This document shows positions 56,133 through 64,000 of a stretch of 64,000 bases of DNA, in pieces. Numbering within the stretch: the stretch's first letter is position 1; the number at the start of each line of letters is the position of its first letter. This DNA comes from Podarcis filfolensis. Its lineage: Eukaryota. The notes under the pieces are model-generated. The model was given only the letters and a program-made list of their open reading frames with translations. It was not told where the DNA came from and made no database searches. The position numbers were made by a program, and so were the translations under genes. Location: assembly GCA_964270895.1 (NCBI GenBank), contig OZ185453.1. One strand, 5' to 3'.

Positions 56133-56497
56133 AAAGGTAAAGGTACCCCTGCCCTTTCGGGCCAGTCGTGTCCGACTCTAGGGTTGTGCGCCCATCTCAC
56201 TTAAGAGGCCAGGGGCCAGCGCTGTCCGAAGACACTTCCGGGTCACGTGGCCAGCGTGACGAAGCTGCTCTGGCAAGCCAGCACCAGCGCAGCACACGGA
56301 AATGCCGTTTACCTTCCCGCTATAAAGCGGTACCTATTTATCTACTTGCACTTAAGGGTGCTTTTGAACTGCTAGGTGGGCAGGAGCTGGGACTGAAAGA
56401 CGGGAGCTCACCCCGCCGTGGGGATTCGAATCGCCGACCATACGGTCGGCAAGCCCTAGGCACTGAGGTTTTACCCACAGCGCCACCCGCGTCCCTT
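56133..56497 (-). mobile_element. Sauria SINE, full length
   Basis: The minus strand starts GGGACGCGGGTGGCGCTGTGGG.., has a B-box-like GATTCGAATCCC and ends in (ACCTTT)n; 13-bp TSD tggaatgcaaaat (56120-56132 / 56498-56510). Confidence 0.95.
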
Positions 56498-56613
56498 TGG
56501 AATGCAAAATGGGAAGTGTAAAAATTACTAAGACTCTTTCAGCTCCCAGATTTAAAAAAACAACAACGTGAGGCTTTTATAGGAACACAGGTAGCAAAAA
56601 TAATAAAACTCAC

Positions 56614-56720
56614 ATCTTTTATAAGGAGAGCATGCAGCATGACATCTGTTAGGCCATTGTCCTGTAGTGAGGATAGCAGCGAAGGCTCTTGGAATACAAA
56701 GACCGTTACCACCTCAGTGG
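56614..56720 (-). CDS. HUWE1: HUWE1 exon 8 ((A)[12 protein letters not shown]...LLIKD)
   Basis: gacag| / |gtgagt, 107 nt. Confidence 0.96.
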
Positions 56721-56936
56721 CTGTCAGGAGAGAAGAGAGAATGAGGTGAGTCACTGACCAGTACAGGTCCTCCTAGGCAGGACAACTTCGCAGGTAGGCT
56801 GAGAGATGACACCTCCCATTACAATGGCCCATTCCCAGAGTATGCTGTCACTGCTGGGAAACAAATCAAGAGGGAAGTGGTCCAGGGAAACCAGCTAAGA
56901 AACGTATTATTTATTATGCATGAAAGACACACTTAC

Positions 56937-57017
56937 CAAGCAAGAAGAGTGATGGCCCATAGTATTCTGCATTGCTGATGATGTGCTTCAGAGAGGTAGG
57001 CAGAGAGCCATCCATCA
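56937..57017 (-). CDS. HUWE1: HUWE1 exon 7 ((V)[11 protein letters not shown]...PSLFLL)
   Basis: tgcag| / |gtaagt, 81 nt. Confidence 0.96.
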
Positions 57018-57576
57018 CTGCAAGGAGGAGACATAATGAATACGGCACGGATAATGCGGTAATTACATAAAGCACTTTCAGTAAAGTTTCCACTAAAAAT
57101 GCTGCACCAATAAGTTTTACTTTATCACCTTTATAATATGCAAAAATGTACAAAATATTCTGTCACTCTGTACAATTCATTCTGGTTTTACTAGTAATGG
57201 TAAAGGACAAGGAGCTTCTTAGGGCAATTAAATCCCTACCCCAAACCACCAGAAATATTATTCAGCAACTCATTTGGCTTCCAAGGATGTCAGTAACTAT
57301 TCTCTGCACGGTTCCAATCATATCTTTACAATAATGGGCTAGCAAATTTCTCTGGGTTTAAACAATGAAACTGGGATTCTAAGGAAGTCACATTCCACCC
57401 CCCGTTCCACATTTTGTGGTTTGCTTTGCACAAGATTAGACAATGGTGACTATTGCTGGGAAGTTCATTCCCCAGAACAAGAGCAACTTCCAAAAAGAGG
57501 TCTAGTGTGACATTTCACACTTTTACATCTGTGTAGGATAGAAATACAAAAGTCACCAAAGAAAGCTAATGAATTC

Positions 57577-57651
57577 TCAGATTTCCGTTCAAACATAACA
57601 TTCACCATCTGAGATGTAAAATTTAACCAAAAAAAAAATAACAAAAAAAGA
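57577..57651 (+). mobile_element. Short A-tailed retro-insertion of unknown source
   Basis: 19-bp TSD aaagaaagctaatgaattc (57558-57576 / 57652-57670); about 52 nt unique plus an A-rich tail. Confidence 0.8.
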
Positions 57652-57876
57652 AAAGAAAGCTAATGAATTCATAGAGATCTGTTGCCCAAGTAGAACCAAA
57701 TTGGAGGAGGATGGAAGCATCCCAGGAGACTCCTGCCTTTAGCTATGTAGCCACCAGCATTTACAGGCTACTATACACCACAAAGAGACAAGCATCTTGT
57801 CATTATGACAAGATGGTCAAGGGAGAGCTGGTTCAAGAACTGCTGGCTTAGCCCAAATGCTAAGGCAGTCTCTCAC

Positions 57877-57978
57877 CATGCCGTATGCCATCTGAAAAAG
57901 CTGGGTCCTGGATGGCCTTTTTCAAGAAGTTCAACATGGACTTGAGAAGTGCTGCTCGCTGAGGGATACACTGAACTC
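57877..57978 (-). CDS. HUWE1: HUWE1 exon 6 ((G)[13 protein letters not shown]...SDGIRH)
   Basis: tccag| / |gtgaga, 102 nt. Confidence 0.96.
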
Positions 57979-58071
57979 CTGGAATAAAGAAGGAATCCAG
58001 AAAATGAAATCAATCAATGGAAAACACTCCAGTGGTACAACAAAAGCTCTTTTATACAAGTCAATACATAC

Positions 58072-58224
58072 CACTTCGGGGTGAGACTACCATGTTTGTG
58101 CTGCTGCTGCTACTGCTACTGCTAGGAGTGATGGCACTTGGGGCCCTTGTTTCAACCACAACTTCTTGTCGATGTTCTCCAGAGGTGGAAGGCCCAGGGC
58201 TGCTTTCCATGGCTACGTCAGAAA
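58072..58224 (-). CDS. HUWE1: HUWE1 alternative cassette exon ((V)SDVAMESSPGPSTSGEH...[17 protein letters not shown])
   Basis: ctctag| / |gtatgt, 153 nt, symmetric phase 1, open frame; resembles a recalled mammalian isoform insert VADVAMESSPG... Confidence 0.8.
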
Positions 58225-58997
58225 CTAGAGAAATGGAAAGATATTTTACAGGAAATAATTGGACTCAATTGTGCGTGGGCGCAGGGGAGGGAGAGATATA
58301 CTCAGCGTAAGACAAATTAGCAGAGGCCCTTCACAAGTTCCACCCTATGCCTGCAAAGCTATAGCTGTGGGAATACCCTATCTTTCATTTAGAAGCTGTA
58401 TCTTCTCTTTGCCGACACAAGATGACAGTAGGCATGACTTCTTTATCATCATTTTCCAAAACTCAACAACCTAACCTGCCCTAGAACAACAGACTAATAT
58501 TACTTCTCCCTATCTATTCTCTCTACACCATGTATAATTCTATCTTGCCTCACCCTACCTCACCCATTTTCTAAAGTAAAAATCCCAGAGGATCCCCCAA
58601 CACTCAAAAAGTGCTGAACCAACTCTGCCAAACCACACACCCGAACAAAACTGGCTAAGCATGTCAAATCTGCCATCTATGGAGAATGCATGAAGTTTAC
58701 CTTTCATCTCACAATTCTACTTAATTCATTTTATTTCAAAATCCAGTTCTTGAAAGGCAGCAGAAGCATCCCAACTGTATCTAACATGTAACATTTTAGC
58801 TATAGCTCTATAAAACATAGGATTATTAAATCTCTTTAAAACATAATAAAAGCTAACAGAAATACATCAAGTTGCAATTAAAATAAAATCCAATACTATC
58901 TACAGATACCGTTTCTGTAGATTTTCCTCTCTATGTTTATTGGTTCAGTAAGCTATAAACATTTCTGTAAAAGTGACCAATAGCTCTTATGAGATAC

Positions 58998-59109
58998 CTT
59001 CTATGTCTGTCTCCATCTCTTCACCCTCCTGTGTAGTGGTAGCAGCAGGTCTCTGGATCTTTGGCTTTATTACAAAGGGACATTCCCTCCGACACAGGTC
59101 TGCCTCATG
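58998..59109 (-). CDS. HUWE1: HUWE1 exon 5 ([17 protein letters not shown]...EMETDIE)
   Basis: tttag| / |gtatct, 112 nt; not in the ORF track, translated by hand. Confidence 0.94.
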
Positions 59110-59289
59110 CTAAAACACAAAGGAAGCTATATGTAAAAAGAGCTTTAAAACAACTTGAGTAGAGTTAGCTGAATCACTGGTATCAATGATTGTGAACTCT
59201 GCAATAAAAATGAACAATGGCTGTGAAGTCAGGCCTACATGAAGAGTATGCAATGAATAGCAGTTGACACAAGAATAAAGCACAGCTAC

Positions 59290-59430
59290 CTCTAGTCTAT
59301 AGATGAAGATAGAGAGGCCGCTGTGAGACTGGAAAGCTGCCATGTCTAGGTTTGTGATTAAGTCCACCACACGGACTGCTCTGGTCACAAAAGTGATCTG
59401 GTCCTGTTCGTCTCCTAAGAACTTGATCAC
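59290..59430 (-). CDS. HUWE1: HUWE1 exon 4 ([11 protein letters not shown]...IFIYRLE)
   Basis: cccag| / |gtagct, 141 nt. Confidence 0.96.
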
Positions 59431-59559
59431 CTGGGAAGAAAAATGTAAAAGCAGGTAAGAATGTGTGAATGCAGGAGCCACAAAAATGATAAACCCATGG
59501 GTATAACAACCCACCATTTTCAACTGACACTGGGGAGAACCCAGAATTTCAAAAGAAAA

Positions 59560-59735
59560 CACCTAAGAAGTTTGTTGCATCAGATAAATGGTTCATCTAG
59601 TCCAGCATTCAAGCAGGACCTAGGCACAATATAATATAACTCTTCCCCTCTCAAATTCCCTAGCAACTGGTATTCAGAGGCACGCTGCCTCCATACTGGA
59701 GGTTAACATATGGCCATCTTTGCTAGTAACCACAA
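59560..59735 (-). mobile_element. Degraded squamate SINE or CR1-tail fragment
   Basis: catctagtccagcat..gcaggacct..agcaactggtattcaga..gctgcctcc resembles a common squamate SINE body; boundaries approximate. Confidence 0.55.
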
Positions 59736-60149
59736 GGGTGCCAGCATTTCCCAGACAAAGCCGGGATTCATCTGTTGAAAAGGGAGTCCAGGCGCAATTG
59801 TCAAAAGTTGGTTAAAATGTCCAGGTGTATGGCAGCCCATATCAGAAGTGTTTGGGGGGGGCTGGGGGGGAGGGAAGCTCAACAACTTTTGTGTCCAGAT
59901 TTTCACTTCTTGAAATACGGTAACCCTAAGTAACCATTAACAGCCTTTTCAACTACGAATGGGTTCAATCCCCTTTTAAAATTATTCAAGTGGGCTGTGA
60001 TCATGGTTGCGATCAATGCATCTTCTGAGGGTGAATTCTACAGTTTAACTATGCACTGTAAGAAGTACCTGTTTTGCCTATCCTCAGTCTCCCATTATTC
60101 AGATTCGTTCAGTGACCCTGGATTACTGACTTATCCACTTTCTCTACAC

Positions 60150-60646
60150 CAGGGGCGTCCAACTCCCAAGAGACTGCAATCTACTCTCAGAATAAAAAAC
60201 TGGCAGTGATCTGCCCATGGGGGGGGGAATCAAATTTGCTTAGCTTTTTTAAGGGGGCCAGTCCAAATTTGTTTAGCTTTTTGGGGGGTGCAGTACTTCT
60301 GCTGCTTTTGGGGGGGCACACCATAAATCGCTTTAAAAACATTAAGCACTACACCGCTCTCCCCAGAGGCTGAGCACCAGGAACAGTCTACAGCCGCCCG
60401 ATTGCATAAGTAGACAGGCACAGCCAGGGATCCGCGATCCTGTCAGAGTTAACCTGTTGCAGCCCGCTGGCTGGAGCTTCCAAAACACCCATGTAGCAGG
60501 GCGGCGGAGGCATCTGAGCAACAACTGACTCTCGCCAGGTCAGGACAGCACGCGCAGGGATGCTATCCCCCCCCACACACACGCGGAGGAAAATGAGCAC
60601 GTGATCTACCTCTATCACTCTGGGATTGACCTGTTGGACACCCCTG
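60150..60646. mobile_element. hAT non-autonomous element
   Basis: TIRs CAGGGGCGTCCAAC / GTTGGACACCCCTG; perfect 8-bp TSD ctctacac; 497 bp, CpG-rich interior. Confidence 0.92.
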
Positions 60647-61345
60647 CTCTACACCATACTTAATTTTATATATTTCAATCAATAATGTTCCCCCTTGCCC
60701 CCTCAAAGACCCCAAGGCTGTAACTTTTCCTCAAAGGGGTGTGTGTGTGTGTCTCCAGTGCCCACTGATCATTTTGACTGCCCTTTTCTAGTTCTATAAG
60801 GCCCTTCTTGAGGTCTGAGGACCAGAACACAACAACTAAAGTCACAACAGCAAAGTTAGGCTACGGTTAAATGCTCTGGAATGTCACCAAGCAGTTTGAT
60901 TTCTCAAAGGGCAGCTACTATGCCTAATCTCGAATGCTATTAAATCAGAGCTTGGCTTGACAGAACAGGCATTTCAGTTGAGACAAACCAGATACACATA
61001 TGCATGCATGCTTTAGGCGCCAATACTTATGAGCCAATCTTTTCTACTCTTAAGATAGTTTCTCGGCCTCAGAAACTGGGCTTCCCTATGGCTGGCATTC
61101 AAGATTTACCAGTTTTAATTCAATAGAAACAAATTGGCAAACATCTGCAGTCTAACGGGAACAGCAGCAGCAAGATGTGGAGGCGAGGGACAGAGAAGGG
61201 TATCTGTACACACAACAGTGCTCCAGTTTTCTGGACAACAGTTAAAAGAACTGCATGTCCAATTTTTGTCTGAGCAGAGTCCAGCAAACAGTTCTCTAAT
61301 GTTTTGGAACTGGCTGCCTTACTCATTCTCCTGAGCATACATTAC

Positions 61346-61473
61346 CTTCAATAAGGCCTCCATCATGCCACAGGAGACTAGAGCTTCACCTCCTGCATCA
61401 TAGCTTGCCAGGTGATACAAGAAGGAAAAGAGTGCTGTGGCAAACTGATGTGGATATGGCTCCATGGAGGGAT
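61346..61473 (-). CDS. HUWE1: HUWE1 exon 3 ((D)[14 protein letters not shown]...MMEALLK)
   Basis: cccag| / |gtaatg, 128 nt. Confidence 0.96.
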
Positions 61474-61554
61474 CTGGGAAGAGGGAAGGAAGCACCATTA
61501 GAATACAACAAGCAGAATACAACCGAAGTACATGTGAGATCTAGAAATACTTGC

Positions 61555-61705
61555 CGATCATGGCCTGTATACAGTTCCGGACTAGGACTGGCAAAAATCC
61601 GTGGTAGGAGGCAGTTCCAGTGCAATCAATAATACTACTGAGTTTTGGAGTCCTCTCCAAGTGCACAATGGAAGTTAACGTCCTCAGTGAGGCGGCTTTG
61701 ATGTC
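61555..61705 (-). CDS. HUWE1: HUWE1 exon 2 ([11 protein letters not shown]...NCIQAMI), GC donor
   Basis: gacag| acceptor; ATC G|gcaagt GC donor is required to keep frame with the next exon; 151 nt. Confidence 0.93.
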
Positions 61706-61977
61706 CTGTCAAAGAGAAATGGGGAGATTAGGGATTTAGCTCCGAGGAGAATCGTGTGCTATATAATAATTTATAAATATCCACATATTCAGTCAGTATC
61801 AAAGGAAGCTGAATAGGCTAGTTACAAGCTCCAGGGAAAATGGCAGAAAAAAACTCTAGAATCTTTACAGTCCAACCCAATGCCAATACCTTGGGAAGGA
61901 ACTAAGGTGAGTAGCATTGAGCTAGCTTTCCTTACCAACAAGTCTGGGCAGGAGAAGCAGGTCGATAGATGACGTAC

Positions 61978-62078
61978 CATTAACTGTTTATCTGTTATCT
62001 GCAGTACATCCACTAGCTCCTCTATCAACCCATTGTATAGAATGCTGTTGGCGGATTCCTGCAAGGCATTTGAATACA
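61978..62078 (-). CDS. HUWE1: HUWE1 window exon 1 ((V)[11 protein letters not shown]...ITDKQLM)
   Basis: ccacag| acceptor, |gtacgt donor, 101 nt. Confidence 0.96.
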
Positions 62079-62559
62079 CTGTGGAAAGAGAGAGAGGCTT
62101 TGTTAAGAATTTGCAGCAGGTGACAGACATGGGGGGGGGGAGACAAACCTATCCATTATTTTAAGTGACACATAACTGGTTAATACAATTATGGTCTCTG
62201 ATCCAGAAGCACAAGCTTCTACTGTACAAGCTATGTCCAGGTGCTCCAGATCAGAGGAAGAAAACATACATGGTTCTATATGGCTTCGTTTGGCTTCCCT
62301 CTGGTCCTTGCATTTGTTAGTCCACAACCTGAAATTCTCATTGCTATGAACCACAACCCCACCAACTGGCCATGAAGGAACAAGCATTTAAGTCAACCAG
62401 GCCTCTATGAAGCAATATCACAAATAAGCACAATAACATTTGTTCCCTGGCCTGTTAAATAATTAGGGGGTGGGAAGAGACTACAGCTTTCAAAGATGGC
62501 AATTTAGTGTAAAGTTCTTTATTTTTCTCAGACTACTTAAAAACCATCTTGGCTTGGGC

Positions 62560-62645
62560 TTCTCTCCTATGTTTTTAATATGTTTATGAAGCTGTTGGGA
62601 GATGTCATCACAGAATTTGAATGGTGTATCATCAATATATGGGCA
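62560..62645 (+). mobile_element. Degraded L2 RT fragment
   Basis: ttctctcctatgtttttaatatgtttatgaagctgttgggagatgtcatc resembles LSPMLFNIYMKPLGEVI. Confidence 0.45.
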
Positions 62646-62726
62646 ACAATTAATGCTTGCCCTTTTTGCAGATCCATATGGGGCAGTGAAATTCCTGAAT
62701 TGGTATCTGCAGCAGTAGTTAAGTAG

Positions 62727-63346
62727 ATCTATAATGAAATTAAGAAGGTACTTAAGTGTACTTTTCACAAGAAACCAGAGGCCTTCCTCCTGGGCATGGT
62801 AGGCCAATTGGTGTCAAGGAAAGATAGGACGTTTTTTATGTATGCTACTACAGCAGCAAGAGTTCTTCTAGCAAAGTATTGGAAGACACAAGAACTACCC
62901 ACGCTGGAAGAGTGGCAGACGAAGGTGATTGACTATATGGGACTGGCCGAGATGACTGGCAGAATCCGTGACCAAGGGAAAGAGACGGTGGAAGAAGATT
63001 GGAAGAAATTTAAAGTTTATCTTAAGAACTGCTGTAAAATTAATGAGTGCTAAAATGTCATGGGTAATGTAAAATAGAATTGCAACGATAAACGATTGGG
63101 TAAGAGAAAAAGGATTAAAGAAATTCGAACTATAAGTAATTGAAATTAGGGGTTGCTGAAAAAGTTTAAAACAGGGATGCAGAAAAGGGAGGTATGGGGA
63201 AGTCATTGAAATAAGGATTAAGAAAAAAAAGGATATGAAATTATACGTGTTTATATGTTTGTTTGTTAATGTGTTGTGTTGTGAGTTGTTAGTTTTTGTG
63301 TGTTAATATATGTTGCAAAACCAATAAAAATTTATTATAAAAAAAA
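62727..63346 (+). mobile_element. 5'-truncated L1/Tx1 LINE (ORF2 C-terminus, 3'UTR, polyA), antisense to HUWE1
   Basis: 13-bp TSD agtagttaagtag (62714-62726 / 63347-63359); AATAAA plus polyA; open peptide ..FFMYATTAARVLLAKYWKTQELPTLEEWQTK.. Confidence 0.92.
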
Positions 63347-63698
63347 AGTAGTTAAGTAGGAAAGAAGCTTACAGCCAACTTAAACTTATCTCATTGACAA
63401 TATTGTGGTGGGAGTGGGAATAGATCTTATCTAGATTCGGGGGGTGGGGAGAGATCACAGATTAAGGTTGTATCTTAAGATACTGCTGCTTTTATATATA
63501 AAGGTGGCACTATGACACGTAGTACCTTTTTGCCAGGTATAACCAGTTATGCCTTCTCTGTAGGAGCAGCAGAGATCTGCGCTATGGTAATTTCCATATT
63601 ATATTACTGTAATATATTCAGTTTGGGGCTACCCTTGAAAGCTGTTCATAAACTTCAGTTAGTGCAGCAGCTAAGCTAGTGGCTGGGACTGACTATTG

Positions 63699-63834
63699 CA
63701 GGCATAGGCAAACTCGGCCCTCCAGATGTTTTGGGACTACAACTCCCATCATCCCTAGCTAGCAGGACCAGTGATCAGGGATGATGGGAGTTGTAGTCCC
63801 AAAACATCTGGAGGGCCGAGTTTGCCTATGCCTG
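63699..63834. mobile_element. Palindromic hAT MITE
   Basis: 58-bp perfect inverted arms, 20-nt loop, perfect 8-bp TSD gactattg. Confidence 0.95.
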
Positions 63835-64000
63835 GACTATTGGAATCATCTCCTTGGTACCTAAAGATCTCAGCTGGTTACCGGTTAGTCTCTGGGAAAT
63901 AAGTCAAGACTTGATAGCACTAACTCATCCGGGTCTAAATACTGATATATAGAGAGGACAGGCTGACATGTCCAGGGCCAAGTCTTTTTTCAGCAATGGT

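Larger units (their letters stand above)
236..62078 (-). other. HUWE1: HUWE1 gene, partial (70 coding exons in window; 5' and 3' ends outside)
   Basis: Spliced translation matches the recalled vertebrate HUWE1 sequence from [17 protein letters not shown] to [16 protein letters not shown]. All junctions are GT-AG except two GC-AG, and phases are consistent. Confidence 0.99.

Noticed and set aside
56400-56497. tRNA-like A/B boxes
   Set aside because: This is the tRNA-derived head of the Sauria SINE, not a tRNA gene.
58540-58570. Sense-strand UGAGGUAG (let-7 5' end) at about 58557-58564
   Set aside because: The sequence diverges right after the seed and there is no complementary arm, so it is not a third let-7 hairpin.
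110-62387. Numerous plus-strand and off-frame ORFs in the supplied track (e.g. 2030-2227, 7261-7572, 13832-14149, 29909-30262, 35269-35664)
   Set aside because: They are antisense or alternate-frame shadows of HUWE1 exons, or short intronic ORFs with no recognisable homology, start context or splice support.
1-64000. CRISPR arrays, rRNA genes, prokaryotic operons or terminators, U12-type introns
   Set aside because: This is a vertebrate intron-exon locus with no repeat-spacer arrays or rRNA similarity, and none of the traced donors matches RTATCCTT.

Overview
The window lies entirely inside one gene on the minus strand: HUWE1 (HECT, UBA and WWE domain E3 ubiquitin ligase 1) of a squamate reptile. 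A lacertid lizard is most likely, judging by the Sauria SINE and the CR1, L2 and hAT content. I traced 70 consecutive coding exons by hand from 62078 (..[14 protein letters not shown]) to 236 (..KYQANSIQ). Splice phases are consistent and the frame stays open throughout. They cover the armadillo-like N-terminal region, UBA, WWE, BH3, the acidic region, the UBM repeats and most of the HECT domain. The 5' coding exons and the last exons (with the catalytic Cys) are outside the window. Two introns need GC donors. The 735-nt intron at 18714-19448 hosts the let-7f-2/miR-98 cluster, as in mammals. Other introns carry CR1, L1/Tx1, L2, a Sauria SINE, and hAT and Tc1/pogo MITEs, many with readable target-site duplications (TSDs). 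The least explained items are: (i) an 88-bp perfect inverted copy of unique intron sequence, flanked by a 10-bp direct repeat, which looks like a locally templated insertion and would mask a candidate poison exon; (ii) a ~300-nt four-arm fold-back element at 33.2-33.5 kb; (iii) candidate unannotated cassette, poison and micro-exons (45, 132, 17 and 153 nt); (iv) two CR1 copies sharing the same ORF1-to-ORF2 deletion junction; (v) a 75-nt A-tailed retro-insert of unknown origin. Family and protein assignments come from recall and manual reading, and no database search was run.
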